From positions 10,478,001-10,542,000 of the forward strand of contig NC_047024.1 of the NCBI RefSeq assembly GCF_902652985.1: a stretch of DNA of 64,000 bases, in the 5' to 3' direction. Each line of letters opens with the position of its first letter. Positions within the stretch are counted from its first letter, which is position 1. Below the pieces are notes generated by a model. The model saw nothing but the letters and a program-made list of their open reading frames with translations, did not search any database and was not told where the DNA came from. This document shows positions 1-14,385 of the stretch, piece after piece. Both the position numbers and the translations under genes were made by a program. The stretch is from Pecten maximus. Its lineage: Eukaryota.

Positions 1-1927
1 AATATCAGAATGGCGATACGTTAAAAAACATTTACTGAAAATAAACTTATTCTTAATTAGTTACTCCCTACTAGACAATGACACTCTCTTTAGACCACTT
101 TCGAAAAGTTAAATGCTAGACCTTGGGATGATTTACGTCAGTGAAGCAATTAATACGGCAACTTATCAAATACAAGTATACTATGATTACAAATATACAC
201 AATACTACTACTTGGAATGTTTATTTTTTGATAGATTTAATAATAAATCATATTTATGATAGCTGTCAACACATACTATATTAATAGCTATTAATCGTCA
301 ATCTCAAGCTTACAGTTTTGAATTCTGACATTCCGAACGCCGATTTTTTTTTATATCGACGAAACATAGGTTCCGCCAGTGACCATAAACGTGTATTTGC
401 TCTTTGGTGTTTAACAGTTTAGAGAATAATAATCGATACGAAAATAAGGTGTCGACTATATGGTCAGAAAGCGAGTATTCAAAACAATCGCATTGCAGAG
501 TCACAAACATATTTCTATAATATAGTAGTTGACAGACACGTGTCGTGGGATGAGTTATACTAGGCATACACTATCATGTATTTGTCATCAGACGGCGTAA
601 CAGAGCTGTCCTGCGACTAACACTTCATTATTACCGTAAGAGGTTTATGGAAGTTCTGTTCAGAGACGGGCATTGTGATGCTTTCAGCAACAGACGCAAC
701 AGTGGTATGTGATGATAAACGTGTTAACACTGCCACCAGATGACGTCACAGTATTCTTTGACGACTTTCACTACTGCACTATTACTGTGTAAAGACCGCC
801 AGCAACGGACGTTACAGTGATAGGTGACTAGTTTACACTGCCGCGAGAGGGAGCCACAGGGCTGCGTGACGACTGACATTTAGCAATGTCAACAGATGGC
901 GTAGCGATGGTGTGTAACGACTATTACGTCAATGCCACCGCAGCATAATTATACTATGACTAGACAATACAATACAACCTTATCATTAAATACGAGAATT
1001 CCTTTGTCCCTTTGATGTTTTTTGTTTTTGTTTTTTAATTTTTTTTAATTTTTGGTTTTTGTTTTCAAAATGTCATAACTCGAGCAATTGATTCCGAGGC
1101 GTACTTTTTCATACCACTCTTAACACCTGACCAAAATTCAATTACCATAATATTGTTTAACATTCTGATCAAACTTAGAAGATCGTACATTGACTAAAAC
1201 CAATTAGGATATTGTGTGCCGATGTAGACAAAGTACAATCTACAACAAATAGTATGAATATCTTTATAACAGTTTTTAAACTGTTCACACGAAGACAATA
1301 TCATCGTCTGGAAATCAATGCTTACTACTCCAGTTCCAGTTTCATATTGGTTACTGGTAAAATTGAATTATTAAGGAAACAGTCATCAAAATATACTTGT
1401 TACAATCATGGCAAAAGCCAAATTATACAAGATTTTGTAAAAAGAAAAAGAGTTTAGAAAAGAATATTATATACTGCGATACTAAAGAGTTCCGCTCAAT
1501 CCCACATACCTTAAATACTCTTCAAAATATGTTTAAATAACAATCAAGATTATGTGGAAAATCGGGAAAACCCTTGGGCTTCTAAGGTACCCGCAGATAC
1601 AGGTATATGTCCGTATACATGATCCTGGTAACAACGTCACGCTTTAATCCTAACCTGACTTGACAATATATCTGAGCTTACCTAATATCCAAATATCATA
1701 TAACTTAACCTACGTACATTAATTATATCATAATAAATATTTTAGATAATAGATGTAGGAAATAAGATGGCAAATTTATCTTTATCGTTTGGTCAATCAT
1801 AATCTCGATATAATCCGAAGCCTAATCAAGTAGAGCGATTAAACAGTTGCATATGTTACCTTTTAAACAATAACACAAATTAGTATTGTATTCATATCGA
1901 CACACCAAGTATAAGCCTAATGCTCAC

Positions 1928-2022
1928 CTTCGACCATTGTCGGAGTTATCCAACAACTAGCAGGTATAGTCAGTCTACAAACTTTCGGACAGTGACCTTG
2001 TTTTAGTGTCAACTACACAGAC
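1928..2022 (-). other. Possible 5' exon of a neighbouring minus-strand gene, ending ATG GTC GAA G|gtgagc
   Basis: Good donor AAG|gtgagc at 1928/1927, ATG at 1937, and either an acceptor (tatttatag|) or a TATA-like motif at about 2043-2050. No partner exon was found in the window. Confidence 0.25.
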
Positions 2023-4222
2023 CTATAAATACATATTCCTGGTATATATTTACACTCTCACTTACAGTATACATGAACAGCTTTCAAATTTGCGACTGCT
2101 AAATAAAAAAACCGCAATTTATTATCAAGAGATTGAAGATACAGAGTAAAAAATGCGAATATTACGTCTGTCAATAGATTTTAACCCGTTAGAAAATAAG
2201 ATCGAAGTAAAATATCAAATAACTTTTTCTATAATAATATTAGTTTCTGCTGCTTTGAAAACTTTTTAGCGCTGTTGCGTAAATTATTAATCCCAGATTT
2301 ATATAAAGTGTTATCCAGGTGGCACTAATGCCGATATAAAGAGTTCATGTCAGGAAGTCAATATCACAACAACTAGTCCAGTAAATCGAGAATGTTTTAC
2401 ATTGTAGAAGTATTATAAAAAAGTTTGCTAAATGACTGTAACGTGACGTCATCTAACTGTGAATATCACCAATGGACACCGGTCACATCAGATTAACAGG
2501 TCAGAGATGATGGACAAGACACAAAAATAAATCGTCCCTCTTCACCACCAATATTCAAAGCACACCCGGTAGAAGGGGACATCGCAGAAAAACCGACAAT
2601 CAAAAGAGAATTTGAGCAAATGTTGAAGGCTCGACACATTATACAACAAGCATTGGTTTCGAGCATACCTAGGACGTCAAACACACATCGATTAAGATTA
2701 TCAAAAAGAGAGAAAATGCAAAATACATTATTCAAAGAAACGGAAATTAGGTAGATGATCAAAGTTGATAAGTATACGTTATGTGATAAATAGTGCGTTC
2801 CGATTTATCTCAGATAGAACTTCTATAATAATGCATATGCTTATAGTATGTACAGATACCACTCCCGCACACAGACCAAATCTAATTATTATTCAAACTG
2901 TCTAAATCAAATGGCATTGTGAAAACTCGAGCGTAAAAGAAATTTAATACTTTTATCATGACATAGCTTTATGTCCCTTTTTATCGACAGCAAAAAATAC
3001 AAACCACTTTTTCAATTGTTTGCAGTTAAGTTTGATTTGTTATTGATGTATTTTCATATTTCATATATCAAATATCATTATGAGATAAACGCTTTTGTTA
3101 TGCTGATATAAGCTATATAGTTGGTCAATGTAAAGGTTTATTGTAGAAATTGATAGTAAGTTAAATGAAAGGTAAGTTACTTACTGGGGTGATACGCTAT
3201 CGGTAGGAATAGTAGGTTACTTGCGGGACAATAAATAACTAATAAGGATAATAAGTTACCTGTAAAGATATGTATTGATAACGATTCTTATTTGCAGGGT
3301 TAAGGTTTTCCAATGTATGTAACTGGGATGGGCAAACCGTAAATTGATTTGAATCCTTCTGATTATACCGTATTATCACGTGGGGAATATGAGGTAAACT
3401 GGCATCAAAGTAAAACAAACATGTATACAGATAAAACAAAAATATTTTTTTAAAATGTTATCAGGGTAAGAGCAAAGATAAAATTATGAGGTAATAACTT
3501 TCACAATGAAATCTAAATAATGTTATCACCGCATAGATCGATTCTATGCTCTAGTTTTCTTCTGCTAAACACATAATATAATAGAGAGAAAAAACCAACA
3601 AGTAAACTATATTTCCATACTGATTACTAGAACCGCCCAATTAATGTGTAAATTTTGAACAAGTACACATATACACCACTCATATAATCATACCGAACGA
3701 CACGCCTCATTCAGTCACGTATTCTGTAGTATTTACTCCACTAAACACTAACATCGCTGTTATTCAGTATCCATTGTGACAATCGGCCGATGGCCTATTC
3801 TCATTTTATCAGAATCTGTTCATACTAAAGTCCAATGCGTGTACAGTTTGAGTTGGATGTAGGAAATACATCCAAGCACTCACGCATGGGAAGTAGGATA
3901 ACATGCTCTTGATTTTTCTTTTAATATTTCACCATCTATTTTTCAAAGACATAATCTATTCCGATAGAATGACGTATTTTTCGACATCCATTGACACAGA
4001 AAGGAGGACATCACCGTTCGTGCCGCCATGTTTCACTGATACAGTTAAGAAGCCATTAACAGGGAACTTTTGTCCCTACACGCTTCTCATTTCTGCGTTA
4101 TACGGATGAACACGAGGAGGTCAATGTTTTCTGTTTTCCGGGAGGTGAACCTTTTCGAAAGACTTGTTTCTTGAAATAGATACATGTATTCGCCAACTTG
4201 TTTCCCATCCCGTTAGCTTCTG

Positions 4223-4287
4223 TTATTGAAATATGACTAGAATGTCCAAAATTACTTCAAATTCCAACCTGTCGATGCATCCATTTT
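4223..4287 (-). CDS. Terminal coding exon: (E)NGCIDRLEFEVILDILVIFQ*, completing the EF-hand
   Basis: Acceptor ttgtatttttcag|. Phase 1 joins exon 9281-9415 to give the 12-residue loop D-I-N-E-N-G-C-I-D-R-L-E (D1,N3,N5,G6,I8,D9,E12) followed by F. Stop TAA at 4225-4223. A minus-strand AATAAA lies at about 3137-3142. Confidence 0.88.
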
Positions 4288-6225
4288 CTGAAAAATACAA
4301 AATTTTACATTGTATTAATTTCATCAGTGGAACGTATAAGACGTATACGGAACGACAAATAAGTGACAATCAATCAGTATGTAGTGATAATTCTCTGATT
4401 TGTTTATATTAAGCGGTATAGCAATCTGGTTTCTAATGTAGGTATGCTGACGAAAACCAACGCAATTTCAAATTGAAGGTGATATTTAATAATTCTGTAT
4501 GAAATATCTAAGGTGTTTGCCGTTTACGACAAATATTCATAATACATCATCTTTGACGTCGTCTTGTAATGGCGTTACGCTTGGAAACTAAATAGCGACA
4601 GTAACTATGGACACCTTTTCTTTATTTCAGTCCGTTGTGGCCTAGTGCGATTTGCTAGCCAACCTTTTTAAATATATGAACTTTCTATCGTTTTACTTAA
4701 ATCCCAAGAGATTTCTTTATTGATATGTGTTTACGTTAGTTTGATAATTTGTGGTATTTCACTTCTAAAAGGTACTAGGGGGTATTTAATAGTTTCATAT
4801 AATATTTTATATTTCATGAACATTACAAAATAACGCTTTTTTGTTTTTTTTACATGACGGTGCAAAGTGAGTTTAGAAGACATAGCAGACCTGTATGTGT
4901 AAGTTTTTATCAGTATTTAGGTTTGTACAGCTATAGATAGCAAGTGCAACCAATGATCAATTAATTCAGATTAAATGTCCAACTTAGATCCAATGAAAGT
5001 TCGGGAAAAATCCAAATTTTCCACCTAGACACATAGTGATCGCAAATACCAAATGAAATGTGTGCGGACTCGCGGACTTGAAGCTTTTTGAAAACTTAAA
5101 GTGACTTTTGATGCAAAAAAGTTAAATCAAGTAGATAATAATAATAAATGATAATAATAAAGATAAATAAAAAATTGACATTATTTTACCCTAATAAACA
5201 TTGTAACTCCTAGATCTCTAATAGTTTAACCTAAAATAAAGTGTGTAGGGTGTGAAGTTGAGAACTTTTCAAAAACAAACAAACAAATAAAGGAAATACA
5301 AATTTTGGATGGGACGTCGACGTCGAAGAAACAATATTACAGTTGTAGCTTACGATTACTCGTTATCGGTGAACTAAAACTTTAGAAAAAAATATGTGTA
5401 CGTATTATAAACACACCCGACACAACTAAAGATGACACTTTAAATTATGCATGTTAGCAGCCAATTGTACATCATGGCAAGTAGAGTTTGGGGGCTAAAC
5501 TGGGCTATCAGCATTATCAACACCTTACAACAGACAGTTTAGAAATGTTCCAGTTATTTGACTTATGTTTGAGTAATAGAAGGGGTGTGTCTGAAGATGG
5601 AAAGCCTGGCTCTCGTTCGTACAGGGACGATTGTAATGGGCTCAGTATGTGATTCAATACTCGATGCATTATTATCTTAACCTAACAAAGTCGTGAAGTA
5701 AATTTAAAGCGGAGTATTGTCTTATACTCTAAAAAGACATTTCAGGATACTTGGTAAATAGTTTAGATACTGCACTCATACACAAGTGTTGGTGTTCTAT
5801 ACAAAGCTAGTAAAATTATAAAGTTAGTACACCTCCCTCCACTACTATTTTGGAACGTTTGTTTAGGTCGATTTTGATTTTTATCATTCGGATTCAACAT
5901 CTTAAAGCCCCTAGCAACGATATAGAGACCCATTCTGTTGATACCTCGGTTTGTAATGGATTTTGTCTCAGACATACGTAATAATCGAACGTTTGCTTGG
6001 TCAATTTCATTTTTTTCCCACCCGTATTCAACATCTTTATCATCTTTTCCCCCTAGCAACAATGCAGAGATGCAGTTATATTGATACCTCGACTTGTATG
6101 TAATGTATCTTTTTTTAAATACATACTTAACGATGTACTCCTGTATATTTAGTACATTGTGCTGATGGTATACCAATCTAAGATCGTGGAAATGTTGCTT
6201 CGTCAAGACACAAATACAAAATACT

Positions 6226-6645
6226 GTCGATAAAGTGTTAATAATCAATACACGGAGACAAACCCAGTCGATAAAGTGTTAATAATCAATACACAAAGAA
6301 ATCCCGTCGATAAAGTGTTAATAATCAATACACGGAGACAAACCCCGTCGATAAAGTGTTAATAATCAATACATGGAGACAAACCCCGTCGATAAAGTGT
6401 TAATAATCAATACACGGAGACAAACCCCGTCGATAAAGTGTTAATAATCAATACACGGAGACAAACCCAGTCGATAAAGTGTTAATAATCAATACACGGA
6501 GACAAACCCCGTCGATAAAGTGTTAATAATCAATACACGGAGACAAACCCCGTCGATAAAGTGTTAATAATCAATACACGGAGACAAACCCAGTCGATAG
6601 AGTGTTAATTATCAATACACGGAGACAAACCCCGTCGATAAAGTT
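6226..6645. repeat. 41-bp minisatellite, about 10 copies
   Basis: Unit gtcgataaagtgttaataatcaatacacggagacaaacccc. Confidence 0.95.
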
Positions 6646-7130
6646 TTCAACCATTGGTGCCGTTTTACTCTTTTGACTTAACAGTGTTTATTAGTCACGT
6701 GACATATCTTAAGTGTGGTTTACAGTGTACTAAACAGACAATGTAACTATCATTATTGTTTTGAAATCTAGACTACGTTCCGTCTGATTGTTGTTGAAGA
6801 AATGGAATACACATTTGAAATAGAAGCTAGTAAAAGATATTATTTTCTTTTTTTTTAATTAGTGACTTAATTACACCCATAGCCAGCTATTTAGAGCTAG
6901 ACGATGTTATCCTTAACGTAAATGCAAGATACAGAATATTAGTTTTTTTTTTTTTTTTTAGTTTTGATACACATCAAACAGTTGTTTTCCATATCATTTG
7001 GTGACAACTGTCTTTTCAAACAGATATATTTCACTTTCTTAACATAATTTCAAGAGTACAGGAGACTATGAAGACAATTAAATGCTTATATATAGTGTTT
7101 GCTTGACTGTAGATGTGTGGAGTCCGTCCA

Positions 7131-7221
7131 TAAGATATATGGTGATAATATCATCTAGATAAGATATATGGTGATAATATCATCTAGATAAGATATATGG
7201 TGATAATATCATCTAGATAAG
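7131..7221. repeat. 29-bp tandem repeat, 3 copies
   Basis: Unit taagatatatggtgataatatcatctaga. Confidence 0.95.
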
Positions 7222-9280
7222 CAGTTTACTGCATACAAAACAATCTTGAGGATTCGATTAACATCGCGGTTATTATCAACGCACCACTTTACATAGACTT
7301 AACGACCATTTGTGTCTGAAGGTATATTCTTATCATTAAATCGTGACCTATAAACTTTTAACAAGGTGTGGAATAAGCTCGTTACAATTTTTAATTATCA
7401 ACCAGGAAAAAGCTTCAAACGTTACTGAATTCTTTTTTCGACAGGACCAAAATGTTTCGAACGATAATGAACAGCTTGAATTTTGAGTGTATACTTCAAC
7501 TGGTAATAAAACTAATTTCGGGAGTCCTACAGTCCAATAGTAAATCGGAAGACTTCAATGCTGAAAATGGTAACAAAAATTCTATTTTACGATCCTAAAT
7601 ATGTTTCAAACGATAATTAATCGTATTTCGAGTGGACCTTAAATTCTTCATACAGTATTATGCTTCAAACGGTATCAAAATGAATTTCGGGATACTTATA
7701 AATATTTCAAACGTTAATTAAAGGTATTTCGGAAGAACGATAATAGTTTGTATTTCTGAAAATATATCAATACTTCTACCGGTAATGAAATGCGGTATAC
7801 CTCAAAATACTTCCAACGGAATTAATTGCTTTTTGGGAGGACCTAAATTGCTTCAAATGTTTTAAAATTTATTGCGAATGTTTTGCGTTTATAATGGATC
7901 TGTAACAGAATAATGATAAACACATAAGTATTGCAAAAACATATTAGTTATGGATAATACTTAAGCTATGGCGTAATTATTATCTTAATGTCACGTTTTA
8001 TGATATTAAATGCACTTAGACAGGTAAGTGATATTACTTACACTGGGTGTTTGTTTTGTGTTATTAACTACATAGAATGCATGCCGTATTGTATTTCCTT
8101 AATACACAATACCATTATCTACCGTTTTAGCTGCATGTTGTTTACATAGCGTCGATGTAAAAACTCGAGGGCATGTGATAAAGGCACATAATCGATGTGA
8201 TTATGAGGATACTGAAAGGCAATGATTCCATAAGATAAGCAATGCAGTTTGTGAATAGTTATAATCGTTTAAACAAAACTTGAATCCGAAAATTCAGCAT
8301 TCGATATTGTTTTTTTTTTTTTTTTTTACAGTACTTCTAACCACAGAAAGATTACGGTAAAGAAGGAAAGCCTTACTATCTCTCATTGCAATTACTTTTT
8401 ATCCAAGCTCAAATATTTGCTTTAAGTGGTATTATTGCGCAAGATGATTGGGACATTTATGAACGTAATTGTCGCTTCATGAATCGAACCTAAAACTTGG
8501 CTTAGAGACCACATGCATGATTATATCAATATTCTATCTTTTAATGAAGCTTAAGTGTCATTGTTAAGCAGGTTTAGTCTGTAGGTCTGGCGAGCATGCT
8601 AACGGCGTCCCATTAAGTTTCGGTTCTTCCGTTACACAAGGTGCGTACTAGGTATCTCAACCGAAACAATTGTACATAGAACTTTTATCTGGAAAATAAA
8701 TAAGCGCGTCTTACGCTTGTATTGCAATGGCTTATGTAGTTAGGTACAGGTTACAAACGCTAATTAATGAACGGAAACTGCTTGTTCGTTTAACAAATAC
8801 AAGATAGAGTAGTACGAAGTGTGCCGTGATGTGCAGTCCGACTTTTGCCTAATTGCATTGTTCTAAATATACCTTCGTTATACAGAGATGTGTTTTTTAA
8901 CAACTATGTAAGTCTGAAACTCCACAAACACACAGAACCCGCTTTTCAGAAGGCAGTCGGTGTATCCACGCCGTGTGGCTATCGCACTGATAGATCACGT
9001 CAGGTAAACATTCAAGGAAGACATGATAATATATTACTCATTAAAGCATTTATATCCTGAATATAAAGAAACATTAATTAATAAGGAATCATTTATAAAA
9101 TAATTAACGTAGTTATTATAAAATATACATTGAAACTAGGTATGTAAGAAACAGCATTAAATGGATTTATTAACGTGTAAAACGTATAACATATTATCCC
9201 ATTCTAGACTACCATTGAAACTCCGTACATCTGCGTACATTTGCATCTGTTGCCAGTGGCTGATGAATTACACCACTCAC

Positions 9281-9415
9281 CGTTAATATCAAATAAGTCA
9301 AACAGTCGTTCAAAAAAGGCTTCTTTACTTTCGTAAGAGGACGCATGTCTGCTAACAGAGTCCATAAATGTTCCATAAAATCCATTTCTCTTATTCCAGC
9401 GCATATCAGAGGACC
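9281..9415 (-). CDS. Coding exon 2: (G)SSDMRWNKRNGFYGTFMDSVSRHASSYESKEAFFERLFDLFDIN, with a KR site and the first helix and loop start of an EF-hand
   Basis: Acceptor tatttatctttttacag|, donor AACG|gtgagt. 135 nt, phase 1 at both ends. It is the real part of track ORF 9204..9461. FERLFDLFDIN fits an EF-hand E-helix and loop start. Confidence 0.88.
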
Positions 9416-9514
9416 CTGTAAAAAGATAAATACAATGCATAATAAATCTACATATTTGCAAATATATACAAGCATTACACGGATAGGTTCATTAGTGGGG
9501 GAAGAGGTTGTGAT

Positions 9515-10155
9515 AACCCTCCTGTGTGAGGACAATATATTGCGGCTGACCCTAGGATTCCCAACCCCTCCTTGGTAAGGACAATGGATGGTGGCTGATC
9601 CCAGAATTCCCAACCCCTCCTGGGTAAGGACAATGGATGGTGGCTGATCCTAGAATTCCCAACCCCTCCTGGGTAAGGACAATGGATGGTGGCTGATCCT
9701 AGAATTCCCAACCCCTCCTGGGTAAGGACAATGGATGGTGGCTGATCCTAGAATTCCCAACCCCTCCTGGGTAAGGACAATGGATGGTGGCTGATCCTAG
9801 AATTCCCAACCCCTCCTGGGTAAGGACAATGGATGGTGGCTGATCCCAGGATTCCCGACCCCTCCTGGGTAAGGACAATGGATGGTGGCTGATCCTAGAA
9901 TTCCCAACCCCTCCTGAGTAAGGAAAATGGATGGTGGCTGATCCTAGAATTCCCAACCCCTCCTGAGTAAGGACAATGGATGGTGGCTGATCCCAGGATT
10001 CCGCAACCCCTCCTGTGTGAGGACAATGGATGGTGGCTGATCCTAGAATTCCCAACCCCTCCTGGGTAAGGACAATGGATGGTGGCTGATCCAAGGATTC
10101 CGCAACCCCTCCTGAGTAAGGACAATGGATTGCGGCAGATCCCTGGATTCCCAAA
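9515..10155. repeat. 49-bp minisatellite, about 13 copies
   Basis: Unit aacccctcctgggtaaggacaatggatggtggctgatcctagaattccc. Starts about 100 bp from the exon 9415 acceptor. Confidence 0.95.
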
Positions 10156-10789
10156 CTCACACAGTCAATACAACGTTGTGGTGGGGAATAAAACATTTAA
10201 GATGTTTACAAAATGTGACTGGATTCAAAGATGGACAAAGAGCTTCAAGTACCTCGTGTAAGATGCCAAAGATACAATACTAAAACAAAATGGAACTATG
10301 CTTAAATTTGTTGTAAGCATGCGTAATTAAATTTACCTTTTTTTCAAACTTGGCATTAATCAAAGTAAGATTAAATATAGGGGTTTGTGTTTGGTTCACA
10401 TGACATAGTGAAGACGAGGAGACTGACATTGCGGCTGTTTACATTGCAATGGAATGTATAAAACATACCTAAAATATACGTTAATACGTGTATTGGTTGA
10501 TAGGAGACATTACCATATTAAATAAACATTTGGTTACATTTATTACTGAAGTATTTCGTAAATTCAGCCAGTATTAGTTATCTTTATACCTGTGTTTGAA
10601 CTTCTCTTCAATGTTTCAATTAACACACCAACCAGATGTATCAGGTTAGCTTGATCAGACGCTATACGATGATCAAACGGTTGTGGTCCTTTGTACGATA
10701 ACCTATCTCAGAGATTTGTGGTAAATAACGGAGCTTTCATCAATAGGATTTACTTGACCCTTCATGCTTCACATGGTACCTTAGATTGG

Positions 10790-13700
10790 AGGCGGGAGAC
10801 GATCGGGGGCGGGAGACACTTGGTGAGGTTAGCTAGGTCGGGGGCGGGAGACACTAAATGAGGTAACATAGATCGGGAGCGAAAGACACTTAATGAGGTA
10901 ACATAGATCGGAGGTGTGGGACACTTAATGAGGTAACATAGATCGGAGGTGTGGGACACTTAATGAGGTAACTTAGATCGGGGTCGGGGGACACTTAATG
11001 AGGTAACATAGATCGGGGTCGGGGGACACTTAATGAGGTAACATAGATCGGGGTCGGGGGACACTTAATGAGGTAACATGGATCGGGGTCGGGGACACTT
11101 AATGAGGTAACCTACATGTAGATCGGAGGCGGGAAATAATTAATGAGGTAACTTAGATCGGGGTCGGGGGACACTTAATGAAGTAACTTAGATCGGGGTC
11201 GGGGGACACTTAATGAGGTAACATAGATCGGGGTCGGGGGACACTTAATGAGGTAACATAGATCGGGGTCGGGGACACTTAATGAGGTAACATAGATAGG
11301 AGGTGTGGGACACTTAATGAGGTAAAATAGATCGGGGTCGGGGACACTTAATGAGGTAACATAGATTGGGGTCGGGGACACTTAATGAGGTAACATAGAT
11401 AGGAGGTGTGGGACACTTAATGAGGTAAAATAGATCGGGGTCGGGGGACACTTAATGAGGTAACATAGATCGGCGTCGGGGACACTTAATGAGGTAACAT
11501 AGATCGGGGTGTGGGACACTTAATGAGGTAACATAGATCGGGGTCGGGGGACACTTAATGAGGTAACATAGATCGGGGTCGGGGGACACTTAATGAGGTA
11601 ACATAGATCGGGGGCGAAAGACACTAAATGAGGTAACATAGATCGGGGTCGGGGGACACTTAATGAGGTAACATAAATCGTGGTCGGGGACACTTAATGA
11701 GGTAACCTACATGTAGATCGGGGGCGGGGGACACTTAATGAGGTAACTTAGATCGGGGTCGGGGGACACTTAATGAGGTAACATAGATCGGGGTCGGGGA
11801 CACTTAATGAGGTAACCTACATGTAGATCGGGGGCGGGGGACACTTAATGAGGTAACTTAGATCGGGGTCGGGGGACACTTAATGAGGTAACATAGATCG
11901 GGGTCGGGGGACACTTAATGAGGTAACATAGATCGGAGGTGTGGGACACTTAATGAGGTAACCTACATGTAGATCGGAGGCGGGAAATACTTAATGAGGT
12001 AACTTAGATCGGGGTCGGGGACACTTAATGAGGTAACATAGATCGGGGTCGGGGGACACTTAATGAGGTAACATAGATCGGAGGCGGGGGACACTTAATG
12101 AGGTAACATGGATCGGGGTCGGGGACACTTAATGAGGTAACCTACATGTAGATCGGGGGCGGGAGATACTTAATGAGGTAACTTAGATCGGGGTCGGGGG
12201 ACACTTAATGAGGTAACATAGATCGGCGTCGGGGACACTTAATGAGGTAACATAGATCGGGGTGTGGGACACTTAATGAGGTAACATAGATCGGGGTCGG
12301 GGGACACTTAATGAGGTAACATAGATCGGGGTCGGGGGACACTTAATGAGGTAACATAGATCGGGGTCGGGGGACACTTAATGAGGTAACATAGATCGGG
12401 GGCGAAAGACACTAAATGAGGTAACATAGATCGGGGTCGGGGGACACTTAATGAGGTAACATAAATCGTGGTCGGGGACACTTAATGAGGTAACCTACAT
12501 GTAGATCGGGGGCGGGGGACACTTAATGAGGTAACTTAGATCGGGGTCGGGGGACACTTAATGAGGTAACATAGATCGGGGTCGGGGACACTTAATGAGG
12601 TAACCTACATGTAGATCGGGGGCGGGGGACACTTAATGAGGTAACTTAGATCGGGGTCGGGGGACACTTAATGAGGTAACATAGATCGGGGTCGGGGGAC
12701 ACTTAATGAGGTAACATAGATCGGAGGTGTGGGACACTTAATGAGGTAACCTACATGTAGATCGGAGGCGGGAAATACTTAATGAGGTAACTTAGATCGG
12801 GGTCGGGGACACTTAATGAGGTAACATAGATCGGGGTCGGGGGACACTTAATGAGGTAACATAGATCGGAGGCGGGGGACACTTAATGAGGTAACATGGA
12901 TCGGGGTCGGGGACACTTAATGAGGTAACCTACATGTAGATCGGGGGCGGGAGATACTTAATGAGGTAACTTAGATCGGGGTCGGGGGACACTTAATGAG
13001 GTAACATAGATCGGGGTCGGGGGACACTTAATGAGATAACATGGATCGGGGTCGGGGACACCTAATGAGGTAACCTACATGTAGATCGGGGGCGGGAGAT
13101 ACTTAATGAGGTAACTTAGATCGGGGTCGGGGGACACTTAATGAGGTAACATAGATCGGGGTCGGGGGACACTTAATGAGGTAACATAGATCGGAGGCGG
13201 GGGACACTTAATGAGGTAACATGGATCGGGGTCGGGGACACTTAATGAGGTAACCTACATGTAGATCGGGGGCGGGAGATACTTAATGAGGTAACTTAGA
13301 TCGGGGTCGGGGGACACTTAATGAGGTAACATAGATCGGGGTCGCGGACACTTAATGAGGTAACTTAGATCGGGGTCGGGGGACACTTAATGAGGTAACT
13401 TAGATCGGGGTCGGGGGACACTTAATGAGGTAACTTAGATCGGGGTCGGGGACACTTAATGAGATAACTTAGATCGGGGTCGGGGACACTTAATGAGATA
13501 ACTTAGATCGGGGTCGGGGGACACTTAATGAGGTAACTTAGATCGGGGTCGGGGGACACTTAATGAGATAACTTAGATCGGGGTCGGGGACACTTAATGA
13601 GGTAACATAGATCGGGGTCGGGGACACTTAATGAGGTAACTTAGATCGGGGTCGGGGGACACTTAATGAGATAACTTAGATCGGGGTCGGGGACACTTAA

Positions 13701-14385
13701 TGAGATAACTCAGATCGGGGTCGGGGGACACTTAATGAGGTAACATAGATCGGGGTCGGGGGACACTTAATGAGGTAACTTAGATCGGGGTCGGGGGACA
13801 CTTAATGAGGTAACATAGATCGGGGTCGGGGTACACTTAATGAGGTAACTTAGATCGGGGTCGGGGGACACTTAATGAGGTAACATAGATCGGGGTCGGG
13901 GGACACTTAATGAGGTAACCTACATGTAGATCGGAGGCGGGAAATACTTAATGAGGTAACATAGATCGGAGGCGGGAGATACTTAATGAGGTAACTTAGA
14001 TCGGGGTCCGGGGACACTTAATGAGGTAACATAGATCGGGGTCGGGGGACACTTAATGAGATAACTTAGATCGGGGTCGGGGGACACTTAATGAGATAAC
14101 TTAGATCGGGGTCGGGGACACTTAATGAGATAACTTAGATCGGGGTCGGGGACACTTAATGAGATAACTTAGATCGGGGTCGGGGGACACTTAATGAGGT
14201 AACTTAGATCGGGGTTGGGGGACGCTTAATGAGGTAACATGGATCGGGGTCGGGGGACACTTAATGAGGTAACATATATCGGAGGTTGGGGACACTTAAT
14301 GAGGTAACATGGATCGGAGGTGTGGGACACTTAATGAGGTAACATGGATCGGGGTCGGGGGACACTTAATGAGGTACCCTGGACT
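10790..14385. repeat. G-rich 34-35-bp minisatellite (41-bp variants), about 100 copies
   Basis: Unit gacacttaatgaggtaacatagatcggggtcgggg. A variant carries cctacatgtag. Confidence 0.97.

Noticed and set aside
5763-6248. 161-aa minus-strand ORF
   Set aside because: It begins inside the 41-bp repeat, with random-looking composition and no motif.
10590-10661. Possible extra phase-1 cassette exon (ASDQANLIHLVGVLIETLKRSSNT) adding a KR site
   Set aside because: The donor CAG|gtataa and the acceptor are both weak. It is compatible by frame only and needs RNA-seq.
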